From the IMG/VR virus record IMGVR_UViG_3300008262_000001: DNA of 64,000 nucleotides; one strand, 5' to 3'. The stretch is from a virus (lineage: Duplodnaviria; Caudoviricetes). Positions 1 to 8,844 of this stretch are shown here, one piece after another. The stretch's first letter is position 1, and each line of letters begins with the position of its first letter. The notes beneath the pieces were generated by a model. The model was not told where the DNA came from. It saw only the letters and a list, made by a program, of their open reading frames with translations, and did not search any database. A program made the translations under genes and the position numbers.

Positions 1-367
1 ATTTCTTAGCTTCTTCGTTAGGGATATCAAAAGCATATACCGTTATTTTATTCATTACGTTAAAAACACGGGATCTATTCATTGTAAGATATTCTGGAAA
101 TTTATTTGAAATACATTTTTGGCAAACCTTAAGATAGTAAATTTTATCTTCTATTTTTTTAAAAGTCTTACAAGACGTCACTGTTTTATCATAATACAAA
201 TTACCTTCTTTAGAAACTCTTATTTTCGAATTGTAATAGAATATAGATTCGCCACAATCTTTGCAAAAATGTTTATCATCTATATGATCTTCTAGAAGCC
301 TCCAGTTATTAATATTTGGCTCCTTATTGTATCTTTTTACTAGTGATTTTAAAAATTCTATCCCCAT
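1..367 (-). CDS. Putative free-standing homing endonuclease inside the fractured PolB gene (3' end runs off the window; not in the ORF track)
   Basis: Manual translation from ATG at 367: MGIEFLKSLVKRYNKEPNINNWRLLEDHIDDKHFCKDCGESIF...KVCQKCISNKFPEY..., open to position 1. Two CxxC motifs, directly after the PolB IntN stop, preceded by GATATATAA. No catalytic domain is visible in the window. Confidence 0.6.
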   Translation of the reverse strand, partial: MGIEFLKSLVKRYNKEPNINNWRLLEDHIDDKHFCKDCGESIFYYNSKIRVSKEGNLYYDKTVTSCKTFKKIEDKIYYLKVCQKCISNKFPEYLTMNRSRVFNVMNKITVYAFDIPNEEAKK

Positions 368-385
368 ATAATATTTTTTTATATG

Positions 386-394
386 TTATATATC
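386..394 (-). promoter_or_regulatory. GATATATAA motif (putative late promoter) overlapping the IntN stop, upstream of the endonuclease ORF
   Basis: Plus strand TTATATATC at 386-394; the same motif recurs before many genes. Confidence 0.6.
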
Positions 395-1108
395 AATATC
401 TATAGATAAAATTTTATCAGTATCTAAATTTATTTCGGAAGGCTTAATGTGAATTTTTTTATCATCTCTAAAAACAGTTACTGAATGGTCATTAGTAACT
501 ATAACCTCCTTACCAGATTCCGTAGTTATTTTCCACTTAGGTTTTCTAACTTTATGACGTATTATTTTTTTAATTCCTGAATATTCTATTTTTTCGTTCT
601 TATAATTAGCAGATGAAAATCCTTTGGTTTCTATAATATGATTACCCTTATGATCTACGAAGATCTCCTCGTATTCTGCCAAATTATTAAAAAAATCCTC
701 TATCAAAATCTCCTTTTTTTCTCCTATGTCGTTCATTATCAATAATTTAGACCCAGAAAAAACCGAATCAGTGTCACCGTAGCAAACCATGTCTAGAGTT
801 ATTTTTCTTGCATTTCTGACCTCCATTTTTTCATGAAGCTCAGTGTCAAGATGCCATATCTCATTAAAGTACCTATTGACTATTTTCTCTGCAAATTTCC
901 AAATGTCCTGACCTTGCAAAGTAACACTTTCCGCCACATCTGGATTAAACAACGAGAAGTACTGGTTTCCTAATGCTCCATAGATACTATTGAGCGTAAG
1001 CTTAACTGCTTGTTCTTCGTTATAAAAATCAGATGACTGCTTTTGTAGGGCCTTCAGCTTGTCATTCAACTCTTCTAGCGAGAGTGATTCGTAGTCTTCC
1101 TCTTTCAT
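386..1108 (-). CDS. polB: Family B DNA polymerase middle fragment (fingers helix, motifs B and C) fused to the N-half of a split intein
   Basis: KLTLNSIYG (motif B) and YGDTD (motif C), then SVFSGS... with TNDH (intein block B). The ORF stops after about 126 intein residues with no block F/G. Confidence 0.92.
   Translation of the reverse strand: MKEEDYESLSLEELNDKLKALQKQSSDFYNEEQAVKLTLNSIYGALGNQYFSLFNPDVAESVTLQGQDIWKFAEKIVNRYFNEIWHLDTELHEKMEVRNARKITLDMVCYGDTDSVFSGSKLLIMNDIGEKKEILIEDFFNNLAEYEEIFVDHKGNHIIETKGFSSANYKNEKIEYSGIKKIIRHKVRKPKWKITTESGKEVIVTNDHSVTVFRDDKKIHIKPSEINLDTDKILSIDIDI
389..766 (-). mobile_element. Split intein N-fragment (Ser1) at the PolB YGDTD|S site
   Basis: Starts at Ser115 (TCG 764-766). 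Block A SVFSGSKLL, block B VIVTNDHSV, no C-terminal HN. Confidence 0.85.
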
Positions 1109-1109
1109 T

Positions 1110-1877
1110 TTAAACTTCTACTAAACCTATTGCTATTACTGAATCTGACTGGGTTGATTTAACAAGAATTCTATTTTCGTGAAAATGTATTTCTGACGAT
1201 TCTTGATCAATATAAGAAAACTGGTTCTTGTAAATGGTATAAACACTTGGATTACTAAATCCATTAGGAGTAGATCCTTTGATAATCTGATATTGGAAAG
1301 AATTACCTCTGACAGTTACTCCTGATTCGTGTACATCAAAATGCAAAAGTTCCTCTGAATTTGATTCTATTCCTGTTAAGGATGAGAGTTTTTGGAATGA
1401 CTCGCTTGTGATGGCAAAGTTAATTTCAGATCCCTCTGTAGAGTGTATTTGCCTTTGAATGTTATCATCTATGTAAGCTAAAAGACTTATGTCTGCACAT
1501 TTGATAAAGATATTCAAAGACGAAGAAGAAAACTTTAAGCTCGTAGCAATTAAATCCTTTTCATAAGGTTGGGATTCAATGATTAGGTTGAGTTCTTCTT
1601 CTGGTCCAAAATATTTGAATACGTCAATGAGTTTTCCTATTTCAAGAATTCCTATTTTTAATCTATTAGGAGGTAAATCACCTTCCAATATTTCATTCAG
1701 ATCAACACTGACATATTTAATAACAGATTTATCAGGAGTTCTTACCTTTGCAAAAACATTGCTTCCTTCAATTTCAAGAGGTACACTTTTGTCTACCAAT
1801 TTAAGCTTTTTAAGGAAAGAGATAAAATTAGTAGAGTTTACTATTCTAAAATTCCAGGTTTGTGTTTTTTTACTCAT
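1110..1877 (-). CDS. Probable sliding clamp (gp45/PCNA-like)
   Basis: 255 aa alternating beta/alpha pattern with a PCNA-like N-terminus (FISFLKKLKLVD...IEG..VFAKVRTPD.SVIKY). Lies immediately upstream of the polymerase fragment. Confidence 0.65.
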   Translation of the reverse strand: MSKKTQTWNFRIVNSTNFISFLKKLKLVDKSVPLEIEGSNVFAKVRTPDKSVIKYVSVDLNEILEGDLPPNRLKIGILEIGKLIDVFKYFGPEEELNLIIESQPYEKDLIATSLKFSSSSLNIFIKCADISLLAYIDDNIQRQIHSTEGSEINFAITSESFQKLSSLTGIESNSEELLHFDVHESGVTVRGNSFQYQIIKGSTPNGFSNPSVYTIYKNQFSYIDQESSEIHFHENRILVKSTQSDSVIAIGLVEV

Positions 1878-3189
1878 TTTCTATATTTGTTTCTAATTCT
1901 TGATCCATTTGTGGGTCAATTTCATTTTCAGGATCCCAAATTCTTATTCCGTTATGGAATTCCTCTTTTGTTTCACTCATGAGTGATGTTGTTCTAGAGG
2001 ATTTTTTGGATATTCTCTTGTGTTCTTTCTCTATGTTCAAAACCTTCGATTTTTGAGTTTTGATTTCGAGATTCTTGTTCTTTATATCGGATTTACAAGA
2101 ATTAATTTCCTGCTTTGTTTTTTCTATTTCATCTTTTGTCAATTTAGTCAATGAAATAGATTCAAGCCTTCTTGATATCTCTTTCTTGAAAGGAGCTAAG
2201 AAATCCAGTACTTCTTGTGCTGCTCTCTTTTTTTCCGACATAAAAAGTAGGAATTTTAATTTAGCTTCCAAGAAATCTAATTCGTCCTGAAGATAGACTA
2301 AATCTCTTTCAAACCTTTTTAAAACAGTTTGCTCCTTGTGAACTATAAAGTCTTCCAAATAGTCTTCAATTGAATCATATTCAAGGACGTTTCCGTCCTT
2401 TACAAAAACTATATTTTCAGTTACTATCTGTTTAGTTTCTTTAAGTAGAACTTCACAAACATTTTTAAATTCCTGGTCTGTACATCTAAACTTGATACTG
2501 ATCTTAACTTCCTCTGTTGAAAAATTATCTATTTTGTAATTTAAACCAGTCTTTTCTAAAGCTAAATTCAATCTAGTAAAGAAAGATTCATATCTCTGCA
2601 ATGGTGAAATAGAATCTATTTTAAATGTCCTAGAATTTAAGTCAATTTCTGTCTCTCCTTCAATAAGCCAAGCAGACTTCAGTGAATCAACCCTTGTGAT
2701 TTTACCCTTAAAACCTCTGAAGTATGGCTTGAGTTTTTTGGTCTTATTTCCATCTAAATAGGTAATTAGTTCATCTGGCTTTCTTGGAAGAATATTCGAT
2801 TTGTATCCCACTGCAATTCCCACAATATGTGTGGACAATCCTATAGGATAATCAACATGAATCCAATCAAATCCACCTTCTTCGTTTGGTTGATTTAGAT
2901 CTTTGTATTTTTCAATTATGTCTTTGTACTTGGATGATATTTTAACTTGAGTATACCTTGGGGCTGATGGGGAAGGATTAACTGGGGTTCCAAAAAATCC
3001 ATCACCTAAAAGAATCTGATCAGAACAACCAAAAGGTCTAGCTAATTTGCAAATTGCCTGTGAAAGAGAAGAATTATGACAAACTATTTTGGAATCACCA
3101 ATAATAAAATTATGATAATTTTCAACGGTAATATCATAGAACTTTTCTGGTGAATCTAATTTGATTCTGTTTATTTTTTTAATTTTCAT
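1870..3189 (-). CDS. Split intein C-fragment fused to the C-terminal part of a type II topoisomerase GyrA/ParC/gp52-like subunit
   Basis: First 39 aa are MKIKKINRIKLDSPEKFYDITVENYHNFIIGDSKIVCHN (blocks F/G), followed by +1 Ser. The extein holds GFFG...SAPRYT with the catalytic Tyr. Confidence 0.93.
   Translation of the reverse strand: MKIKKINRIKLDSPEKFYDITVENYHNFIIGDSKIVCHNSSLSQAICKLARPFGCSDQILLGDGFFGTPVNPSPSAPRYTQVKISSKYKDIIEKYKDLNQPNEEGGFDWIHVDYPIGLSTHIVGIAVGYKSNILPRKPDELITYLDGNKTKKLKPYFRGFKGKITRVDSLKSAWLIEGETEIDLNSRTFKIDSISPLQRYESFFTRLNLALEKTGLNYKIDNFSTEEVKISIKFRCTDQEFKNVCEVLLKETKQIVTENIVFVKDGNVLEYDSIEDYLEDFIVHKEQTVLKRFERDLVYLQDELDFLEAKLKFLLFMSEKKRAAQEVLDFLAPFKKEISRRLESISLTKLTKDEIEKTKQEINSCKSDIKNKNLEIKTQKSKVLNIEKEHKRISKKSSRTTSLMSETKEEFHNGIRIWDPENEIDPQMDQELETNIENE
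3073..3189 (-). mobile_element. Split intein C-fragment (39 aa, basic)
   Basis: YDITVENYHNF (block F) and VCHN|S (block G); Lys-rich N-terminus. Confidence 0.92.
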
Positions 3190-4055
3190 TTTTTATAAAC
3201 TATTCTATCAAATTCCTGTATTTCTTTTATTAATTCGCTTATTTCTACTGAACAACTACTATTCTTCTTTGCATTATCGCTGAAATTAATAATCTCTAAA
3301 TTACAGATGTGCCCTATAATTTCTGGAGAGATGTTGTGTTTGAATCCAAAACATCTCGAATACCTGTGATCAATGGTTAACCATTCAGACTGTTGGAGTT
3401 TTCTGGATTCGGTAATTTTTTCCCAAATATCATCACCAAATTTTATTTTAGCATATCTTCTCATTTGACTCCATGTGATGTTGTGAACATTCTCATCATA
3501 AATACTTTTTAAGTCCATCATTTCTTTAGGTGCCCAAAATCCATTCTTTTCCGCAGTAGCCCTTTTTTTGTTTTTAATTTGGTCAACCTTCGAAGGATTA
3601 GTATATCCATATTTTTGTATCCATGTTTCTTTTAATTTATACAAAACATCATTTCTAGCAAAAACATTATCAACGCCATATTTTTGATTCAAAGATTCTA
3701 CCATATTTTTTCTAGCAATCGAGTCTCTTGATAGATTATGATTTGATCCTGTCGATAAAAATGTGCTTTGTTTTTTCATGATTAATGAGCAAGATTCAGA
3801 GCAGCACATACTAAATTTTTCATATTCCTTTTCACATATAAAGCATTTATTTTTATACCTATCTTTATAGCTTTTGAGTGAATTATAAAATTCAGGATAT
3901 TTCTCATAATTTTTTTTCCAAACTTTAAATGGTTTTCCTGTACTTTGTATTTCAAAAAATTTATCCTGTGACTTACACTTTGTGTTGCAATACTTATTAA
4001 GATTTAGCTCGGATTCAAAATCTTTCCCGCAATTCTTACATTTTTTTATCATCAT
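3186..4055 (-). CDS. Free-standing homing endonuclease (HNH/His-Me-like) between the two intein halves
   Basis: Two Cys-rich zinc-finger-like units, KYGVDN/KYGYTN repeats and C-terminal TIDHRYS...NLEII...N.KKN. Its stop overlaps the IntC start as ATGA. Confidence 0.8.
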   Translation of the reverse strand: MMIKKCKNCGKDFESELNLNKYCNTKCKSQDKFFEIQSTGKPFKVWKKNYEKYPEFYNSLKSYKDRYKNKCFICEKEYEKFSMCCSESCSLIMKKQSTFLSTGSNHNLSRDSIARKNMVESLNQKYGVDNVFARNDVLYKLKETWIQKYGYTNPSKVDQIKNKKRATAEKNGFWAPKEMMDLKSIYDENVHNITWSQMRRYAKIKFGDDIWEKITESRKLQQSEWLTIDHRYSRCFGFKHNISPEIIGHICNLEIINFSDNAKKNSSCSVEISELIKEIQEFDRIVYKK

Positions 4056-4602
4056 GGATTTTTACTTTTATATATCCAACGTGATGGTAGAAATCTTTTA
4101 TATCCATTCCTTCCTCAAGATCTTCAGCCTTAATCCATTTTGAATCAACATAAAAGGGATGATTTTTAGTACACTTAATAACCTCACCGGTTTCTAATTC
4201 AATCTCAATTAATTCGTTGGTAATTTGACCGATCCTTGGAGAATGTCCAATCCCGAAAGTTTTTTCACCAGTTTCAGTATCGATACAAGAAACCAATAAA
4301 TCACATTCTGGATTTTTATTATACCAGTCTTCTATTGTAATTTGGTTACCATCTGCTAATTCTATTTTTGTATCCCCTGCAACGCAGTCTCCGTGGTGGT
4401 ATAGCCCTGTCCCAAAAACTTCCCCTATGACGCCAACAGTCTTTTTAAAAGCACCTGGAGAATTTTGTAAAATCAATCTTTGGACTGGAGTTAAGCAATC
4501 GTAGAAATTAGGGATTCCTCTGCTTTGGATAACATAAAGAGCATATTTTCTATAGTCATTATCAATCTGTTCAGAGATAGTTAATGTTTTTTTTGTTTCC
4601 AT
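4036..4602 (-). CDS. Type II topoisomerase GyrA/gp52-like N-terminal 72 aa fused to a split intein N-fragment
   Basis: YALYVIQSRGIP..YDCLTPVQR...YHHGD, then CVAGDTKI (block A) and CTKNHPF (block B); the ORF then ends. Confidence 0.93.
   Translation of the reverse strand: METKKTLTISEQIDNDYRKYALYVIQSRGIPNFYDCLTPVQRLILQNSPGAFKKTVGVIGEVFGTGLYHHGDCVAGDTKIELADGNQITIEDWYNKNPECDLLVSCIDTETGEKTFGIGHSPRIGQITNELIEIELETGEVIKCTKNHPFYVDSKWIKAEDLEEGMDIKDFYHHVGYIKVKIHDDKKM
4039..4386 (-). mobile_element. Split intein N-fragment (Cys1, acidic) at the HHGD|S site
   Basis: Cys73 = TGC at 4384-4386; acidic composition complements the basic IntC. Confidence 0.9.
4068..4076 (-). promoter_or_regulatory. GATATATAA motif 12 nt upstream of the endonuclease ATG, embedded in the IntN coding 3' end
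   Basis: Plus strand TTATATATC at 4068-4076; ATG at 4055. Confidence 0.6.
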
Positions 4603-4653
4603 ATAAAGGGATCAATTTAAACATCTTACCCTCCGAAACCGATTTAATTTCAT

Positions 4654-4677
4654 AAAAAAAGCCCCTTTGGGCTTTTT
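4654..4677 (-). terminator. Rho-independent terminator after the 526-aa gene
   Basis: AAAAAGCCC-AAAG-GGGCTTTTTTT hairpin with T tract on the minus strand. Confidence 0.8.
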
Positions 4678-4683
4678 AAGTTT

Positions 4684-6264
4684 TTATTCTAAGGCTTTAG
4701 TGTTCCTAAATTTGAGTTGTTCTAATTCATCCGAATCGAGAAAAGAATCTAAATCTGACCAAATATTTGATCCGTATTTTTTCTCTAATTTTTTCCAATC
4801 GTCATCAGACTTAATAACACTATTGTACCTTTTGATTGTTTCTTCTTCGTCCGAGTTGTATTTGTCCTTTTCCTCTTGTATGAATTTAGCTAATCCAGCA
4901 ATTTGTCCAGAATTATCTACAATTTCTGAATCTTCGTCACCAGTAGTATCAGTTGTAGTTTCTGTTGATTCTGCCCCAGTTACTCCTTCCTCTCCTGTTG
5001 TTGCAGCAAGAGCAACTTGTTCGGGGCTAATTCCGTTCATAGCGTCTTGTAATACCTTTTCATCGATATCATCAAGTTGAATAAGAGCATAAATGAATTT
5101 ACCTGCATTCATTTGTTCCCTCTCAGCTTTAGAGATAAAGTCTTTGTATTCATCATAGTCTGCAAAAACTTGACATCCAGCAGAGTAAGGGCCAACACAT
5201 ACACCAACACCTTTTGTGGAAGATCTATGGATTTGCATTCCACAGTCCTCAACAAAAACCTCTGCAGGTTTGTATGTTTCGTATCTAGTGACTCCTACTG
5301 GATATCTACCGACTTTGATTTTTTCCCCCTCCACCATCATCTTATATTTCTCATCACCTATTGACGAATCTTTTAAATAGTAGATGGTGTCTCCTGGGAT
5401 TTTGATTCCTGTACCCTTCGGATTTAATGGCTTTTTACCGTAAAATGCTAAACTTGGTACTGTTGTTATTTGGTAAGGAACAAATTTATCACCTAAGTTG
5501 ACATTAGTTGCAGTTGATCCTGCACCCAAAAAAGTAGCACCAGTTGTGCCAGTAGCAGCTGCTGTGGCTGCTCCTGTTACACCTTCAGTTTCACTTATGG
5601 AAAGTTTAGGCAGTGATAGATCCTTAGTGTTGTTAAAAGGATCTTTGTCACTCTCGTTCATTTTGGAAAATAGTTCGAAAGAAAGTACTTTTGATTCTTT
5701 CGGTCCTGTAGATGCAGTAGTATTTAGAGCAACTGGTGCACCAGTTGCTCCTGTTGCTCCAGCCGTAATATCACCTCCATCATCTGCATTTCCAGAAATG
5801 AAATACAAAGCATCAGTAAATCTGTCCTGATTAGCAGAATCTTTTTTGACATTTAATCTGTTTCTGATACCAATAATAACAGCTCTTTTTTCATCAAGCT
5901 CCTTTATTGCTCTAGAATACTCTCCAGCATTTTTATCCTCTAAATGTTTTAAAAGGATCTTAAAGGTTTTAACCGAAATTGGGGTTCTTTCCAATTTGAA
6001 CGGCTCACTGGCGCCACATCCTTTATAAGGTCTTGACTCCTTAACCTCCGGTGTTATTTCAATTGATGAATCAACTGAACCTGTTAATCCTTGGACTCCA
6101 CCAAATAGACCTTTTACTAAATCAGCTGCAATTCTTGATTTTGTTTCTCTTTCAGTTTCTGGTCTTCCTGTTCCACTATCATCAGTTGTGGTGGTAGATC
6201 CAGTTACACCAAAGGTGTCTTCATTTAAGAAATATTCATTGAAGGACAGTACAGATTTCTTCAT
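4684..6264 (-). CDS. Putative peptidoglycan-acting enzyme (YkuD/L,D-transpeptidase-like motif) with GAT repeats and a capsid-targeting-like N-terminus
   Basis: IH-X14-SAGCQVF resembles the YkuD H-X14-17-S/T-x-G-C motif. GATGATGA repeats; N-terminus MKKSVLSFNEYFLNE; GATATATA at 6270-6277. Confidence 0.55.
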   Translation of the reverse strand: MKKSVLSFNEYFLNEDTFGVTGSTTTTDDSGTGRPETERETKSRIAADLVKGLFGGVQGLTGSVDSSIEITPEVKESRPYKGCGASEPFKLERTPISVKTFKILLKHLEDKNAGEYSRAIKELDEKRAVIIGIRNRLNVKKDSANQDRFTDALYFISGNADDGGDITAGATGATGAPVALNTTASTGPKESKVLSFELFSKMNESDKDPFNNTKDLSLPKLSISETEGVTGAATAAATGTTGATFLGAGSTATNVNLGDKFVPYQITTVPSLAFYGKKPLNPKGTGIKIPGDTIYYLKDSSIGDEKYKMMVEGEKIKVGRYPVGVTRYETYKPAEVFVEDCGMQIHRSSTKGVGVCVGPYSAGCQVFADYDEYKDFISKAEREQMNAGKFIYALIQLDDIDEKVLQDAMNGISPEQVALAATTGEEGVTGAESTETTTDTTGDEDSEIVDNSGQIAGLAKFIQEEKDKYNSDEEETIKRYNSVIKSDDDWKKLEKKYGSNIWSDLDSFLDSDELEQLKFRNTKALE

Positions 6265-6277
6265 AAATCTATATATC

Positions 6278-6604
6278 CTATTTGCTTTTCTTAATAATCA
6301 GGGATAAAAACGCAGCTAAAAAAGAAACAAGACCTGATCCGATGAATGAATATAATATTGGGTCTAATGATAATTGAAAATTATGCAAGGAGATTCTGGG
6401 ACTAAGTTCCTGTAATCCAGGCAATGCAAAATATAAAATCATAGATGTCCAAAAAGAAAAGCATTGGTAGCAATCCAAAAGATATCCAAAAAACTCGGAT
6501 TTAATTGTGACCCAATCTCTGAAATTTTGAAGGATTTTAGAAGCAACAACTATGTGAGTAAAACCCCAAACACTAAGTAGATAAAAAAAGAAAATGGATG
6601 TCAT
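6278..6604 (-). CDS. Small multi-pass membrane protein (DUF1360-like)
   Basis: Three hydrophobic segments and a CxxC..FW motif ([11 protein letters not shown]). Confidence 0.55.
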   Translation of the reverse strand: MTSIFFFYLLSVWGFTHIVVASKILQNFRDWVTIKSEFFGYLLDCYQCFSFWTSMILYFALPGLQELSPRISLHNFQLSLDPILYSFIGSGLVSFLAAFLSLIIKKSK

Positions 6605-7632
6605 TGGAATATTTCGTTGTCTTTAAGTTCTAGTAAAAATTGTTTTTGCTCTTCAGTTAAGTTTTCAGGGATTTTCACATTAAGTTCAATCAAGAAATCT
6701 CCAATATTTCCAAATCCCATATTTGGGATTCCCTTTTGACTGAATCTAAGTACTGTTCCAGGAATTGTTCCAGGATCAACTACTGCCTTTAACTTTTCCC
6801 CGTTAGGCATTTCAACATCAATATTAGTTCCCAATGAAGCGTCAATAAAGCTGATGGTTCTTGAACTAATTAAATCTATTCCTCTACGAACAAAAGAATG
6901 GTCTTGAATCTCCTTCACTTTAATAAAAAGATCCCCGTTTCTTCCATTACCTTTACACTCGTTACCTTTACCTTCAACTACAAATTGCATCCCATCAGAA
7001 GCACCTGCAGGAATTTTTATGTCAACAATATCTTCAGTATCCTTTAGTCCAGACCCAAAGCACGTGTGGCAATTTTCTAAAACTACCCTTCCCGATCCTG
7101 AGCACGATGGACATGTTTGAACTGAATTTACCTGAACAAAACCATTAGTCTTATTAATGGTAATGAATCCAGATCCTGAGCATTGACCACAAGATATAAA
7201 AGAGGTAGAGTCATAAGCCCCAGTTCCTTGACAAGGTGAACATTTTTTACTTCTTTTTATTTTGATTTTCTTTTCAATTCCATTGAGGATTTCATTTAAT
7301 CCTATTTGAAGATTGATATTAAGAGAAGTTCCTTTTGTAAAATTCTGAGGGTTACCTCCAAATGGACCACTAGTAAATGGATTTCCCCAGTTGAATCCAT
7401 TGAACATATCCTGCAATGGATTTCCACCTTTTCTTGAAAAGTCGTACCTTTTTCTTCTCTCAGGGTCACTTAGATTCTCGTATGCTTCAGATATCTTTTT
7501 GAAATTCTCCTCAGCACCCTGTTCCTTGTTTCTATCTGGGTGGAATTTTTTAGCTAAATCTCGGTAAGCTTTTTTGATTTGATCATTGTCAGCTGTTTCA
7601 GGAACTCCTAATATTTGATAATAATCACTCAT
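6601..7632 (-). CDS. dnaJ: DnaJ/Hsp40 co-chaperone
   Basis: J domain with HPD, G/F region, four CxxCxGxG repeats and a C-terminal DnaJ domain. Confidence 0.97.
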   Translation of the reverse strand: MSDYYQILGVPETADNDQIKKAYRDLAKKFHPDRNKEQGAEENFKKISEAYENLSDPERRKRYDFSRKGGNPLQDMFNGFNWGNPFTSGPFGGNPQNFTKGTSLNINLQIGLNEILNGIEKKIKIKRSKKCSPCQGTGAYDSTSFISCGQCSGSGFITINKTNGFVQVNSVQTCPSCSGSGRVVLENCHTCFGSGLKDTEDIVDIKIPAGASDGMQFVVEGKGNECKGNGRNGDLFIKVKEIQDHSFVRRGIDLISSRTISFIDASLGTNIDVEMPNGEKLKAVVDPGTIPGTVLRFSQKGIPNMGFGNIGDFLIELNVKIPENLTEEQKQFLLELKDNEIFQ

Positions 7633-7766
7633 TTTTTAGATTTGAAAAAAGAAGAAATTTTTCCTAGGATCCGGTTAATCTCCAATAAGAGGACTACGAA
7701 ACAAAGAAAGATAAAAGCTAGAATGCCTCCAACTACAAAGAAAACATAAGAAAATAATTTTCTCAT
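7629..7766 (-). CDS. 45-aa single-TM protein (not in the ORF track)
   Basis: [45 protein letters not shown]; fills the gap exactly and overlaps the dnaJ start as ATGA. Confidence 0.5.
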   Translation of the reverse strand: MRKLFSYVFFVVGGILAFIFLCFVVLLLEINRILGKISSFFKSKK

Positions 7767-7767
7767 G

Positions 7768-7980
7768 TTAGGCTTCAGGATATTTCTGCATTAAGTAGTT
7801 AAGAAAACTTTGAAGTTTCTCTTTATCCAGTAAATCCTCAAAAACTAAATTCAAATTACCAAGATCCTCCTTGATCTTACAATTAGGAAAATTTTCCTCA
7901 ATTGATTCCTGAATTGAGACTAAGTAAATTTCGTTCTCTGGGATTATTCTAGAGTTGGTTAAATCGAGTTCGTCTGACAT
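7768..7980 (-). CDS. Hypothetical protein
   Basis: 70-aa ORF in the operon context. Confidence 0.55.
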   Translation of the reverse strand: MSDELDLTNSRIIPENEIYLVSIQESIEENFPNCKIKEDLGNLNLVFEDLLDKEKLQSFLNYLMQKYPEA

Positions 7981-8002
7981 TATTAATTTTCTTTATATTA
8001 TT

Positions 8003-8803
8003 TTATATTCCGATATATGTAAAAATTTCTCCGTCAACCAAGCATATTTTTATTGGCTTGATGTTTTTGGAGATATGTTTTAGTTTTTGTAATTGCTTAG
8101 GATTGGATTTTTCATTCTTGCTGTAACTGGATTTTCCCATTAAAACATCATAGGTGAAGGTAGATTTTACTTCAACGTAGAAATCTTCAAATTCAAAATC
8201 TGGTGTATATGTACCATATTTTGTTTTAATTGAAGATGTAGGTTTTTTTGGAAGATCTAAATTATTTTCGATAAGAATCTCTATATATTTTTTCTCCGCT
8301 GTTCCGTAACATTTTAATCCACCAACTAGAAATTCTTTACATCTTCCTGGGCCATTATGGTAGCTCCCGTTATTTTTCTCTATCCTTGAATTAACCTGTT
8401 TTTGTTTAATCTCTTTTGCATCTTCCCTTTTTGACCAATTTTTATCTGATAATTTTTTCCTTAACTCATCTTTAAATATTGAATCCTTCCATCTTTCCCT
8501 AGTTGTCTCAGAGCATAATTTTTTCCACTGCTCTTTTTCATCATCAGATTTTCTTTCATATAGCTTCTTATTAGTATTTGATATTTTTTCGTTTATTATA
8601 TTTTTTTCAGCATCGGACAATTCCGAAAGATATTTCTTCCTAGAATTTGAGGCTTTAATTCTAAGTTCGTCGTTTTCCCAAATTTTTGATACAGCGCATT
8701 TTTTACACAATGAACCTTTTCTTTCAGCTCTTTTCAAAAAATACAAACCCGAATAAGTTATTTCACTGTTACAAGAGGGACAATTTCTTCTGATTTTTTC
8801 CAT
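8003..8803 (-). CDS. Free-standing homing endonuclease, PD-(D/E)xK type, with an N-terminal zinc finger
   Basis: CPSC...CKKC, basic helical repeats and C-terminal YTPDFEFEDFYVEVKS. Confidence 0.75.
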   Translation of the reverse strand: MEKIRRNCPSCNSEITYSGLYFLKRAERKGSLCKKCAVSKIWENDELRIKASNSRKKYLSELSDAEKNIINEKISNTNKKLYERKSDDEKEQWKKLCSETTRERWKDSIFKDELRKKLSDKNWSKREDAKEIKQKQVNSRIEKNNGSYHNGPGRCKEFLVGGLKCYGTAEKKYIEILIENNLDLPKKPTSSIKTKYGTYTPDFEFEDFYVEVKSTFTYDVLMGKSSYSKNEKSNPKQLQKLKHISKNIKPIKICLVDGEIFTYIGI

Positions 8804-8844
8804 ATGGTATCTATCAGAAATTATCTTTTAATTTACCATCAAAT

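Noticed and set aside
3186-4055. Group I intron interpretation of the topoisomerase interruption
   Set aside because: The flanks encode clear intein blocks A/B and F/G, and the intervening DNA is fully occupied by an overlapping ORF, leaving no room for ribozyme core elements.
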